This document shows positions 38,847-48,603 of a DNA stretch of 64,000 bases, in pieces. The notes under the pieces were generated by a model. The model saw nothing but the letters and a program-made list of their open reading frames with translations, was not told the DNA's origin and made no database searches. Location of the stretch: positions 134,585 to 198,584 of the forward strand of contig JBBRCZ010000004.1 of the NCBI GenBank assembly GCA_038204425.1, given 5' to 3'. The stretch comes from Spirochaetia bacterium (GTDB lineage: Bacteria > Spirochaetota > Spirochaetia > DSM-27196 > Salinispiraceae). The position numbers and the translations under genes were made by a program. The number at the start of each line of letters is the position of its first letter. Within the stretch, counting starts at the first letter, position 1.

Positions 38847-41800
38847 CTACCGGTATTTTTCCATCATATCAATAATTCTTTTCATTCTAAAACGCAAGTC
38901 AACTTTCTGTTCTTCAGGAAGCAGCTTGCCAATGTTTCCCATCACCGAGAACGTATTCCCGATTAAAGCACCTTCATCTTTTGCCTGACTGAAAGGCATA
39001 GACTTTGCTGCCGAAGGATTGTGTTTTAGGATTTCGCTACGAATATTAGACAGACGCTCAGGAATCTTTTGCGCCTGCGCTTCACGAACTTTATCGACCG
39101 GTAACTCTTTGGTAAGATTCAAAAGATAATCGAACAGTTTAGCTTGAGCCTCGGCTGATGGGACTCCCGACTTAGCTTCAGCTCGCATTGGTTTAGAAGT
39201 ATTGTTTGGCGCTGGAGCGGCTCGCCTGTCTGGCTGCTTGGCTTGACCTTGACTGACAGTTGGCGTCTCTTCCAGCACGCCGGGGACGATTTCGGCAGAA
39301 AGATCATCTTCGCGACCAAAGTCGGTAAAGAACTCGGGGCTCTGAAACAAACTATCGGGTTCAAGTTCCCCATCAATCGTAGCTGGCATTCGCCTGCCTG
39401 AGTCGCGACTGCGTTCTTGGGCTTCTTCCTCTTGGGCTTCTTCCTCTTGGGCTTCTTCCTCTTGGTCCTTGTGCGCTACGTGCCTCGCCGACTCATGTGG
39501 CGCTGGCTCGTCGTCAAAGCTATCAAGGAAATACTCTTCCAGATCTAGGTCTGGGTCGCTGGACTCTGCTTCTAATACGTCCGCAAAGTTCTCTTCTATT
39601 TCTTGGAACATAGATTCTTCCTCTGGAGTGGGTTCAAGGGTGGTGCTCTCTATTGAATCTTCATTTTCGTTTTCAGGCAAGCCTTGTTCATCGTTGTCAC
39701 CAAGTTCTGGTTCTTGTTCTGGTTCATCTATGTCATCAGCTTCAGCTTCTGCTTCTGCAGGCCCAAAGTTGGCATCGGGTAATGCTTCTTCTTGACTTTG
39801 GTGACGAGCATCTACTGGTGGGTCTGTTTCTGGGTCCTGATCAAAGCGTGGATACTCGGGATATTTAGGGTAGTCCGGCACCTGAGCACTTTGTTGTCGT
39901 ATTGCTTCTTGTTGTTGCTCTTGCGCGACCGGTGCCCTTGCCTGCTGTTGCTGAGGTGCAGCTTGCTGCTGAGCCTGTTGGGGGTAGTTGTTGGGTGACT
40001 GCTGTTGCTGAGGTGCAGCTTGCTGCTGAGCCTGTTGGGGGTAAGCAGCTTGGGGACTTTGCCGTGGTTCTTGCTGATAGGAAGGGATCGAATTTTGAGG
40101 TTGATAGCGAGGTTCCTGAGGCTCTGGGTTGGCCGGCTTTCTGCTTGCAGGCTCAGGCCTTGATGGACTAGCTTGCGAAGATGGTGGGGGCGCCTGCGCC
40201 GGACTAGGTGAAGGCGAGGTAAAATTGCCGCCCGCTTCGTCGATTAAGCTCATCAAACTTGGTGCCATGCCGTCAAGTTTTTCTTCTACCCTCCGTATTA
40301 CATCCTCACTTCGTTCTTCTTTTTTTATAATTGGCTCAAGGTCAATAATCGGATCTTCTACTAGGTCTTCGTCACTAAACTCGATACTCATGTCACCAAA
40401 ATCCAGAATAGGGACAGAATCCGCCTCAATTTCTTTAGCCTGTGCGCTTTCCAACTGTGGTTCAAGAACCTCTTTACTTTTTCTCTTTTCGCCGAGACCT
40501 AAGGCGCCTAGTCTTTCTAGACTCTTTTCCCAAGCTCTACCGTGTTCACTGGTAAAGGCCTCAACCGCCTTCTCGTACAGCTCGAGACTTTCGTTGAGCG
40601 CAGTTATATCGTCAGGATTGGCTCGTTTTCCTTGTAAACTGATCAGCTCATCTGCGGTGTGCAAGGCTTGGCTGCGGTTGCCCATTTGCTGATAGACCAT
40701 TGCTAGCAGAGAAAGGAATCTGCCGTCGTCAGGAAATTGGCTCTTTATCACTTCAAGATGGTTTTTGGCTCTTTCGTACTGTTCAGATTCGATCAAGTAG
40801 CTAACCAGTAAGTAGTGGGCCTCGGCATTTTCGGGGTGCAACTCAACCAGGTCTTGAAGTTCGTAGATCGCTTCGTTAACTTTGCGCTTTTCAAACAAAA
40901 TTTTGGCGACTTCAATTCGATAGTCGTGGTAGTCAGGATGTAGAGCACTGAGCTCAAAAAAGCATTCTTCGGCCTCGGTGCTCATTCCTTGCCGGTAGTA
41001 AAGCAAGCCTAAAGCCTCCAAAATCCGAGGGGAGTCTTTTCGCTCTTCTCTGAGTTGGGCGAGTAGGTTCTCGGCTGCTTTGTACTGTTGATTTTTTTGG
41101 TACTTAAAGGCCAGCTGCATGCGCAGATCAAAGTTCTTGGGATTACGTTCGACTAAACTTTCTAGTTCTTTGAGAGCTTGCAGGGTATCGTCGGACGATT
41201 CTAGGATTTGGCCGAGATTGACGGCAGCTTTTTCATAGTGAGGATTACTGCTCAAAGCTTGCTTGTAGTAGCCAACTGCTTGCTCGGTCTTGCCTTGTTT
41301 TACCAAAGTGGTCGCAATATTGTTGAGCGCCGTAAAATTGTCAGGTTGAATAGTAAGAATCTCTTTAAAGGACTCAAGTGACTCGTCATAGCGATTCTGG
41401 CGCTGCAGCGCAATGCCAAGATTATTGTAGGCGTCAACCCAACCGGCTTTGACTTTGATGGTCTTTCTAAAAGCCTCTTCTGCGTCTTCAAAGCGCTGCA
41501 AAGTCATGTAACTGTTGCCAAGATTATAACGCAAGGTAGGGTGGTTTGGATCGCGCGACAATCCCTCAAGATACGTCTCGACTGCTTTTTCGGGTCTATC
41601 CTGCATGTCATAGAGCGTACCGAGATTGTTATAGGAAAGAACAAAATCGGGGTTGTGACTAATTGCTAGAGTATACTCGCTGACGGCAGAATCTATTTCA
41701 TTTTTTTGCTTATAGACGTTGCCCAAGTTGTAATGGATATCTCCTCGTTCTCCTGCCTGAATCAATGCTTTGCGCAAAGCATGTTCAGCTTCTTCCAATC

Positions 41801-42065
41801 TACCTTGCAGTCGATACAAACAGCCCAAGTTGTTGAGGGCTTCGACATTGACTGGGTCGAGCTCCAACGTGCGTTTAAACTCGTTTTCGGCCTCGGCATA
41901 GCTTCCGCGATTACCATAAATGGTTCCGAGCATAATACGCGGCGGAATCAAACGTGGGGCTTCCTTGAGAATTTGCCTGAGCAAGTTCTCGGTGACTTCG
42001 TAGTCTTGAAGCGTGTAAGCGCTTTTGGCGCGGCTAAAAAGGTCCTCTATGAATCTTCTGTCCAT
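38847..42065 (-). CDS. large TPR protein with long Pro/Gln and acidic low-complexity region
   Basis: Many canonical TPRs (ALNNLG, HYNLGNVY, SYNNLG); real start probably MDRRF at 42065, 4 nt after the upstream stop. Confidence 0.85.
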   Translation of the reverse strand: MDRRFIEDLFSRAKSAYTLQDYEVTENLLRQILKEAPRLIPPRIMLGTIYGNRGSYAEAENEFKRTLELDPVNVEALNNLGCLYRLQGRLEEAEHALRKALIQAGERGDIHYNLGNVYKQKNEIDSAVSEYTLAISHNPDFVLSYNNLGTLYDMQDRPEKAVETYLEGLSRDPNHPTLRYNLGNSYMTLQRFEDAEEAFRKTIKVKAGWVDAYNNLGIALQRQNRYDESLESFKEILTIQPDNFTALNNIATTLVKQGKTEQAVGYYKQALSSNPHYEKAAVNLGQILESSDDTLQALKELESLVERNPKNFDLRMQLAFKYQKNQQYKAAENLLAQLREERKDSPRILEALGLLYYRQGMSTEAEECFFELSALHPDYHDYRIEVAKILFEKRKVNEAIYELQDLVELHPENAEAHYLLVSYLIESEQYERAKNHLEVIKSQFPDDGRFLSLLAMVYQQMGNRSQALHTADELISLQGKRANPDDITALNESLELYEKAVEAFTSEHGRAWEKSLERLGALGLGEKRKSKEVLEPQLESAQAKEIEADSVPILDFGDMSIEFSDEDLVEDPIIDLEPIIKKEERSEDVIRRVEEKLDGMAPSLMSLIDEAGGNFTSPSPSPAQAPPPSSQASPSRPEPASRKPANPEPQEPRYQPQNSIPSYQQEPRQSPQAAYPQQAQQQAAPQQQQSPNNYPQQAQQQAAPQQQQARAPVAQEQQQEAIRQQSAQVPDYPKYPEYPRFDQDPETDPPVDARHQSQEEALPDANFGPAEAEAEADDIDEPEQEPELGDNDEQGLPENENEDSIESTTLEPTPEEESMFQEIEENFADVLEAESSDPDLDLEEYFLDSFDDEPAPHESARHVAHKDQEEEAQEEEAQEEEAQERSRDSGRRMPATIDGELEPDSLFQSPEFFTDFGREDDLSAEIVPGVLEETPTVSQGQAKQPDRRAAPAPNNTSKPMRAEAKSGVPSAEAQAKLFDYLLNLTKELPVDKVREAQAQKIPERLSNIRSEILKHNPSAAKSMPFSQAKDEGALIGNTFSVMGNIGKLLPEEQKVDLRFRMKRIIDMMEKYR
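39415..39465. repeat. 15-bp in-frame tandem repeat (QEEEA x3)
   Basis: TCTTGGGCTTCTTCC x3 + TCTTGG. Confidence 0.9.
39942..40043. repeat. 45-bp perfect direct repeat, period 57 (YPQQAQQQAAPQQQQ x2)
   Basis: Copies at 39942-39986 and 39999-40043. Confidence 0.9.
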
Positions 42066-42069
42066 AACT

Positions 42070-43680
42070 TTATCGTGCAGGTCGTGCACTGGCCTCCTTA
42101 GACAGGCTTCGCTTAAGGTGAAGTCCGTATCGTGGGTCGTTTGATGTATCGTAGCTTGCGATCCTAAGATAATAGAGCCGACCGTTAAGCAGCCCATCCA
42201 AGCGTAGTTCAGTGACATTTCCGACGTCAATTGGTGATGGTCCTTGGTCGGCCTCGTCACCAAAATATTGATCGGCTTTGGTGCCGTAGTAAACCAAGTA
42301 TCCCTTGATATCGTTGCTTGGCACTTTGTTCCATCTAAGCATTAGGGCGCCATTTTCTGGACTTACGACAAAACCACCTGGCGCGGGCGGCGGTGGATCG
42401 GGACGATAGACAATTTTTATAGATTGCAGCCCCGGTGATTGGTCACCACTACCATCCGGCAAAAACTCCACCTTGAGCCACAAGAATTGCCCACTGTTGT
42501 TTTCTGTTATTGGCAGACCCGGCTTAAAACTGATCCAATCTGGGTCATCCCTGCCCACCATACCAGCCATTTCTCCCATCTTGTAATAAAATAAAAGATC
42601 AGCTTGTTGGCTGCGCTGGTAATCGGCGTTGATGGTTAGCAACTTGCTGCCGACGCCAATTTCTCTAAAATTTATTGCGTTAAAAATCACAAAGGCAGGT
42701 CGATTGTCAAAAGTTTCTAATTGAGGACTGTCGACCCAGCGCTTGCTCAATCGCAATTCATCCAAAAAACCATTCAGGTTTCTACCAATATGAACCTCTG
42801 ATTTACCCCGTTCGCCGACGTAGGCCTGCAGAATGCTTGCGGACTCTCGGCCATCAAGCGTGGCGTAGGTGACACCCTCTGGCCTGCCATCGACAAGATA
42901 CTCAAGCAATCCGCGTCTGGCATTGTAACGCAGCAAGTGATGTTGCCAACGACGTGGAAAGACCGACCGAATGCCTTTTAAGCTAATGTTTTTTATGTCA
43001 AGTCCAATCTCTCGGTTGGAAAGATTCTTGGTCTGAACAAAAAAATTCTCGAAGGTCCAAGTCAAACGTTTGTCTTGCAATGCAACGCGGATCTTCTGGG
43101 GAATCTCTTTGCCCTGAAGTCGGCTATAGCCTTCCCAATAGAAAATCTCCTCGCCTTCTTTGCCAATGCTGCTGAACAGCCAAAACTCAAGGCTAAAATC
43201 GCCAATAAAAGTACCTGGTTCAAAGAGCGAACCTTGCCGGGCTTCAAAGCGAAGTCCTTCTGGCTGAGAGCTAAACAAGGCTGCGCCGTCGCCGTACTTC
43301 TTTTCGCGCAGCTGGACGGTTGCAGAGGAACCAAGCAGCGCCCAATTGGGGTGATAATTTTTTTGGTTTTCTTTGTTAAAGTGCAAGAGTAAATCTGTCT
43401 GCGCGTCGCCAAGGTACTCAGCTGCCCGAATACCAAGCTCAGTTAGGCCCCGGTGACCTTTCCTAAGTTCCAAACCCTGATAACTAGATTCCAGATTTAC
43501 CGCGGCTTGGTCGGCATTGCTAAATTGCACGAGCAAGTTCTGACCGGACTTCCATTTGCTCGGATCGCCAGCAATTCTGAGTTCAATTGTTTCTTCCAAA
43601 GCGGACAAAAAACCAGCGCTTATCAAGAAAAGAACAAGAGTTAGAACAAACGAATAGGAAATTGTCTTTTTTTGTGTCAT
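42070..43680 (-). CDS. exported LamG-like jellyroll + fibronectin type III protein
   Basis: Signal peptide; DFSLEFWL, WQHHLL, YLVDG, GFLDELRLS (LamG); PPAP..LRW..GYLVYYG..GLLNGRLYY (FN3). Confidence 0.8.
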   Translation of the reverse strand: MTQKKTISYSFVLTLVLFLISAGFLSALEETIELRIAGDPSKWKSGQNLLVQFSNADQAAVNLESSYQGLELRKGHRGLTELGIRAAEYLGDAQTDLLLHFNKENQKNYHPNWALLGSSATVQLREKKYGDGAALFSSQPEGLRFEARQGSLFEPGTFIGDFSLEFWLFSSIGKEGEEIFYWEGYSRLQGKEIPQKIRVALQDKRLTWTFENFFVQTKNLSNREIGLDIKNISLKGIRSVFPRRWQHHLLRYNARRGLLEYLVDGRPEGVTYATLDGRESASILQAYVGERGKSEVHIGRNLNGFLDELRLSKRWVDSPQLETFDNRPAFVIFNAINFREIGVGSKLLTINADYQRSQQADLLFYYKMGEMAGMVGRDDPDWISFKPGLPITENNSGQFLWLKVEFLPDGSGDQSPGLQSIKIVYRPDPPPPAPGGFVVSPENGALMLRWNKVPSNDIKGYLVYYGTKADQYFGDEADQGPSPIDVGNVTELRLDGLLNGRLYYLRIASYDTSNDPRYGLHLKRSLSKEASARPAR

Positions 43681-43722
43681 TTTACTTATCTTAGTATCGA
43701 CAGTTTTGAATCGAGGTACAGG

Positions 43723-45588
43723 GTGAAGCTAAGCATTTCTGAAACACTCTCCTTACTTCCAGCCCAATCCGGAATCTATATAATGCGGAATAGGGATGAT
43801 GTAATTATATACATCGGCAAAGCAAAAATCCTGCGAAACCGCGTTCGTTCTTATTTCAGCGGTGAAAAAGACCCAAAAACCCGGATTTTGGTTAACCATG
43901 TTGAGCGAATCGACTTTATCGTCACCAATAACGAGTACGAAGCGCTAATTCTCGAAAACAACCTCATCAAGCAACACAATCCTCGTTACAATATTAGCCT
44001 CAAAGACGGCAAGACTTATCCAGTAATTCGTTTTACCAATGAAGAGTTCCCACGCGTTTTTCGCACCAGAAATATTGTTCAAGACGGGTCAACCTATTTT
44101 GGCCCGTATACCGATCTAGACGCCATAGATCGCTACCTTGAGCTAATCGAAGAGTTTTTTCCCTTGCGCAAATGCAAGGGTCCGCTAAAAAAACGGGAGA
44201 GTCCATGCCTCTACTATCACATCAAAAGGTGTGGCGGGCCGTGTGCCGGTCTAATGGAAAAAAAAGACTATATGAAACAGGTCAAGGCCATCATGCGCAT
44301 GTTGGAGGGTGACATTGAAGGCCTGCAAACGTCTCTTCAAAAACGAATGGCAGCATCCTCGCGCCAATTGCGTTTTGAAGAAGCTGCCAAACTGCGCGAT
44401 GCGATTAAAGCCCTGAGTGGGGTGGTTCAAGACCAGAAAGTTCAGGACTTTGATCCTGAAAGTCGCGACTACCTTTCTTGGTTTCAAGAAGAAAACTTAC
44501 TTTGTGTCGGGCTGTTTCAGATGCGCAATGGCAAGCTTTTGGGCAATCGAAGCTTTAGGTTAAAAACCTATCATGATGCGCGAGAAGAGCTGTCCCAATT
44601 TATCTTGCAATTTTACAGCGCCGAAGAGCCGCCTCCATCACGTTTGATTCTTGAGGGTATTGAGGACGCAGCGGACATTGAGCGATTTTTTGTGGAGAAC
44701 TTCGCAATAAAAACCGTTTTACAAGCACCAAACGGAAGCAGAGACCTGGCTGTCTTAGGCATGGTTAGAGAAAATGCCCGTCAAGATCTCTCGCGCTGGA
44801 AGACTGAAACCGGCGATACTAGCGCACTCAAGGATCTCCAGGCGGTACTTGGACTTGAGAAACTGCCAATGCGCATAGAAGGTTTTGATATAGCCCACCT
44901 GCATGGAAAACATACAGTTGCTGCGATGGTAAGTTTTTACAAAGGTATTCCGGACAAAAAGAGCTATCGTATCTACCACATAAAGAGTCTGCATGGTGCA
45001 ATTGACGACTATGAATCATTACGTGAGGCACTTGCCAGACGCTACTCACGCCTGATCAACGAAAAGCTGACCTTGCCTGATCTTATTCTTATCGATGGTG
45101 GCAAAGGCCAACTCAATGCCTGCCAAGAAATATTGCAAGCACTTGGGCTAGCCGAGCTCAACATTTGCTCTCTCGCCAAAGAAAACGAGGAAATTTTTGT
45201 GCCGGGCCGTTCCGAGGCTTTCCGACTACCAGATGGAAGTCCGTCGCTACGCATCCTTCAGGCCGTGAGAGATGAATCCCATCGCTTCGGCACCAATCAC
45301 AATCAGCGCCTGAGAAGTTCTGACGTTAAGCTTGATGCATTAGAAAGCATCACTGGTATTGGACCAAGTCGTGCCAAAACCCTGATGGCAGCCTTTGGAA
45401 ATCTCGAGGCAGTCAAACAAGCAGGTGTAAACGATTTGATAAAAATTGGTGGTTTGCCGGCAAACTTGGCCGCGGAAGTTCAGCGCCATTTTGCTCTGGA
45501 AGCTTTGCAAGTTTCGACCTATGACCCTCAAGAAAACCAAGAACTACTTGCTGCAGAAACTGCGACAGACTATCAGATAGAAAGCTAG
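43723..45588 (+). CDS. uvrC: excinuclease ABC subunit C
   Basis: GIY-YIG (GIYIM..IYIGKAK), RIEGFDIAH, LIDGGKGQ, RDESHRF, HhH; GTG 43723 below GAGG. Confidence 0.96.
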   Translation: MKLSISETLSLLPAQSGIYIMRNRDDVIIYIGKAKILRNRVRSYFSGEKDPKTRILVNHVERIDFIVTNNEYEALILENNLIKQHNPRYNISLKDGKTYPVIRFTNEEFPRVFRTRNIVQDGSTYFGPYTDLDAIDRYLELIEEFFPLRKCKGPLKKRESPCLYYHIKRCGGPCAGLMEKKDYMKQVKAIMRMLEGDIEGLQTSLQKRMAASSRQLRFEEAAKLRDAIKALSGVVQDQKVQDFDPESRDYLSWFQEENLLCVGLFQMRNGKLLGNRSFRLKTYHDAREELSQFILQFYSAEEPPPSRLILEGIEDAADIERFFVENFAIKTVLQAPNGSRDLAVLGMVRENARQDLSRWKTETGDTSALKDLQAVLGLEKLPMRIEGFDIAHLHGKHTVAAMVSFYKGIPDKKSYRIYHIKSLHGAIDDYESLREALARRYSRLINEKLTLPDLILIDGGKGQLNACQEILQALGLAELNICSLAKENEEIFVPGRSEAFRLPDGSPSLRILQAVRDESHRFGTNHNQRLRSSDVKLDALESITGIGPSRAKTLMAAFGNLEAVKQAGVNDLIKIGGLPANLAAEVQRHFALEALQVSTYDPQENQELLAAETATDYQIES

Positions 45589-46586
45589 TCGGCAAAGAGC
45601 GTTTTGCGGCCTTCAGAAACTAACTGCGCCCGCGGATGCTTGACCATCTGATAAACCAACAGTTCGCAAATAAGACGATGGGTACCGGGTCTGGCCATGC
45701 GCAGCTGAATATCGTAGTCGGCCAGCACAGCCAGACGAACTGCGATGTCTTCTTCTGACCAACGTAGCAGGGCTCTGTTAAAGACAATTTGGCTATGTGG
45801 ATGCCTTATAAATAGCGCGTAAAAGGCATCTTTTGATGCCGGCCCTCTGCCAACACGATGATGCAAAGTTTGCAGATTGCGAAACTGCCACTGCAGGCCA
45901 GTCACGAGTCCAACAGGATCGGTCTGTTGTGAAAGCAATATTTTTTGAAGGGCAGATAGGGAATGTTCTAGATTGAGATCTAAGAGCGTCTCAAATAGTG
46001 TGTAAACTGTTTCTTCGCGGCTGTGGAAGATGTACTTATCCACATCGGCACTGGTGATCTTTTTGTCGCTGTGAAGGGCAAGTAACACATCACACTCTTT
46101 TTGCATTTCCAAGGTGTCAGACTCTACAAGTTCTGCAAAAAGCAACAAAGCATCACTGTCTATTGAGCCGCTATTTTTTTGAATGTAGCCCTTGATCCAC
46201 GAAACTTTTTCTCGTTCGTCGGGTTCAAAAAAGGTGACTATTTCATCACGTGCGGCAAACTTAAAGGCTTTTTTGCCTTCTGTGTAGTTTTCTGCCACAA
46301 AAATTACGCGGCTGCTAGAACTTGGTTTGGACCAATAAGCCTGAATATGCTTCAGCTCCGAAGCAGGAAATTCTTCTGATCTAAAGACTACCATCACCAA
46401 ATGGTCGTTAAACAAGCTGCCAGTTTTAAGCTCTTCTACTATTAGTTGGGCACTATCCTGTCCGCCGTAGCGGTGTAGAATCTCAGGCTCTTCTTTGTAG
46501 TCTTTGCGAATACGTTCCAGCACCCGTGCCAGCTCGGCCTGTTGCTTGCCCCTGTCTGAACCAAGAAATAGCTGACAAGGCTTCAT
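45585..46586 (-). CDS. holA: DNA polymerase III delta subunit
   Basis: LFLG, TGSLF, length 333 aa and delta-like layout. Confidence 0.8.
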   Translation of the reverse strand: MKPCQLFLGSDRGKQQAELARVLERIRKDYKEEPEILHRYGGQDSAQLIVEELKTGSLFNDHLVMVVFRSEEFPASELKHIQAYWSKPSSSSRVIFVAENYTEGKKAFKFAARDEIVTFFEPDEREKVSWIKGYIQKNSGSIDSDALLLFAELVESDTLEMQKECDVLLALHSDKKITSADVDKYIFHSREETVYTLFETLLDLNLEHSLSALQKILLSQQTDPVGLVTGLQWQFRNLQTLHHRVGRGPASKDAFYALFIRHPHSQIVFNRALLRWSEEDIAVRLAVLADYDIQLRMARPGTHRLICELLVYQMVKHPRAQLVSEGRKTLFAD

Positions 46587-47197
46587 GAGTACGATCTGAT
46601 AATTTGGGATACTACCCCAAGAATTTTAACTTCTCGGGTAAATATTGACGGAAAATTTGGGTTCTCTGCTTTGAGTTGGATTCTATTGTGTTCTTTAACA
46701 AAGCGTTTGAGCGTAACCGCCTCGTCTATCATAGCCACTACTAAGTCACCATTTTGGGCTACCACTTGTTGCCTGATGATTGCTGTGTCGCCATCGAGAA
46801 TACCGGCGTTAATCATACTCTCGCCTCGGACATCCAAGGCAAAGTAAGTTCCGGGGCGCAGCATTGAGGAAGGGATAGTGATGTAGCCGTCACAGTTCTC
46901 TTCACTTAATATTGGTATTCCGGCAGCTACAACTCCCAAGCGTGGGATACTGAGTACTTCTTCCGCAGCAAGGTTTTCTACCTTTTCATTGGCCACAATT
47001 TCGATTGAGCGAGAACGGTTTTTGTCGCACGTAACGATGCCTTTTCTTTCTAGCGCTTTTATGTGGTCATATGCGGCACGTACCGAAATCTGAAAGCAAT
47101 CACCAATCTCTCTAAAAGTGGGAGGAAACTTGTGTTCTAGGAGAAAATCTTGAATGTATTCCAGCAACGCCGCTTGTCTTTTAGTTAACTCTTTCAT
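46583..47197 (-). CDS. lexA: SOS repressor LexA
   Basis: LTKRQ..PPTFREI HTH, VAAG cleavage site, GESM (Ser), TLKR (Lys). Confidence 0.95.
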   Translation of the reverse strand: MKELTKRQAALLEYIQDFLLEHKFPPTFREIGDCFQISVRAAYDHIKALERKGIVTCDKNRSRSIEIVANEKVENLAAEEVLSIPRLGVVAAGIPILSEENCDGYITIPSSMLRPGTYFALDVRGESMINAGILDGDTAIIRQQVVAQNGDLVVAMIDEAVTLKRFVKEHNRIQLKAENPNFPSIFTREVKILGVVSQIIRSYS

Positions 47198-48603
47198 TTT
47201 TCCACGTTTATCTGCAGCTTTTTGATTTTAGCGTGCAAGTGACTCGGATACATGCCGAGAGACTCGGCAGTTTGGCTCACGTTATAATCATACTCTTTGA
47301 GCTTTTGAATCAAGAAGTTTTTTTCAAAAACTTCTTTTGCTTCTGATAAACCTAGACCAGAAAAGTCGATGCCAAGGTCGCCAGTGCTTTGGTCGTTGTC
47401 GATAGCCAGCGCTTGCTCAAGTGGTCGGTCGGCTGCCAAGGCCAGTTCTACTATCTCGTGGTCGATTTCGTTGGCACTAGAAATTACCAAGATCCTTCTA
47501 ATTATATTCCTGAGTTGGCGAATGTTTCCGGGCCAAGAATAGTCGCACAAAAGCTTGAGTGCTGTGGCGCTCATGCTGTATTCAAGCGGCTCGGCGCTCA
47601 GATTTTCCACCGCAAGTTCGCTTAGAAAATGCGTAACCAGGAGTGGAATATCCTCAGTTCTATCGCGTAGGGCCGGTACAAAAACTGGTAGCACGTGCAA
47701 TCTAAAAAATAAGTCGTCCCTAAAGCGCTTGTCCCGCATAGCAAGATGTGGATCTTTGTTGGAAGCTGCCAGCACACGCACGTCAACTTTAACCGAGCCT
47801 GTGCCGCCAACTCTTTCAAAAAGCTGTTCTTGCAAAGCTCGCAAAACCTTGGCTTGAGCAGACAATGACAAGTCGATGATTTCGTCAAGGAAGAGCGTAC
47901 CCTCGTTAGCCATTTCGAAGCGTCCCTTTTTTTGGGCTGCAGCACCGGTAAAAGCGCCTTTTTCGTGCCCAAATAGTTCACTCTCTATCAAAGCGTCAGG
48001 AATGGCGGCGCAATTGACTGCCACAAAGGGTTTTCCTTGACGGTGGGAACGTCGGTGTATTTCACGCGCTACCAGCTCTTTTCCGGTTCCGTTCTCACCA
48101 GTGATAAAGACAGGCACTTCGCTCTTTGCAGCTTGTTCTACCAGCTTTCTAAGGTCTTGCATGGCCTTGCTGGTTCCTATCATTTCACTATGTCCGCTCA
48201 GGCGGCTTCGCAGAAAGCGATTTTCTTTTTTGAGGCGATTGAACTCAAGGCTATTGTGAACTACGGCCAAAATTCTCTCGGTTCCAAGCGGCTTTTCTAT
48301 AAAGTCGAAGGCACCCTTCTTGAGTGCTTGAACCGCAAGATCGACGTTAGCGTGGCCGGAAATCATTATAACAGGCAAGGATTCTCGGCCGGCTTTGATT
48401 AGTTCTAACACTTCCAAACCGTTCATGCCTGGCATCCAGACATCAAGTAAGACACAATCAAAGTCTTGTTCTTGCACTAGTCTAAAGGCCTGGTTGCCAC
48501 TCTCTACTTCGACAACCTCGTAGCCCTCGTCTTCAAGTATGTTTTTAATCAACTTTCTTATGTTTGGCTCGTCATCAACGACGAGAATCTTAGTGCTGCT
48601 CAT
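47194..48603 (-). CDS. sigma54-dependent response regulator (NtrC/NtrX family)
   Basis: REC, GENGTGKE, ESELFGHEKGAFTGA, WPGNIRQL, Fis-type HTH; start MSSTK at 48603. Confidence 0.92.
   Translation of the reverse strand: MSSTKILVVDDEPNIRKLIKNILEDEGYEVVEVESGNQAFRLVQEQDFDCVLLDVWMPGMNGLEVLELIKAGRESLPVIMISGHANVDLAVQALKKGAFDFIEKPLGTERILAVVHNSLEFNRLKKENRFLRSRLSGHSEMIGTSKAMQDLRKLVEQAAKSEVPVFITGENGTGKELVAREIHRRSHRQGKPFVAVNCAAIPDALIESELFGHEKGAFTGAAAQKKGRFEMANEGTLFLDEIIDLSLSAQAKVLRALQEQLFERVGGTGSVKVDVRVLAASNKDPHLAMRDKRFRDDLFFRLHVLPVFVPALRDRTEDIPLLVTHFLSELAVENLSAEPLEYSMSATALKLLCDYSWPGNIRQLRNIIRRILVISSANEIDHEIVELALAADRPLEQALAIDNDQSTGDLGIDFSGLGLSEAKEVFEKNFLIQKLKEYDYNVSQTAESLGMYPSHLHAKIKKLQINVEK

Noticed and set aside
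39415..40043. Direct repeats as a possible CRISPR array
   Set aside because: In-frame coding repeats, 2-3 copies, no unique spacers of CRISPR size, no cas genes
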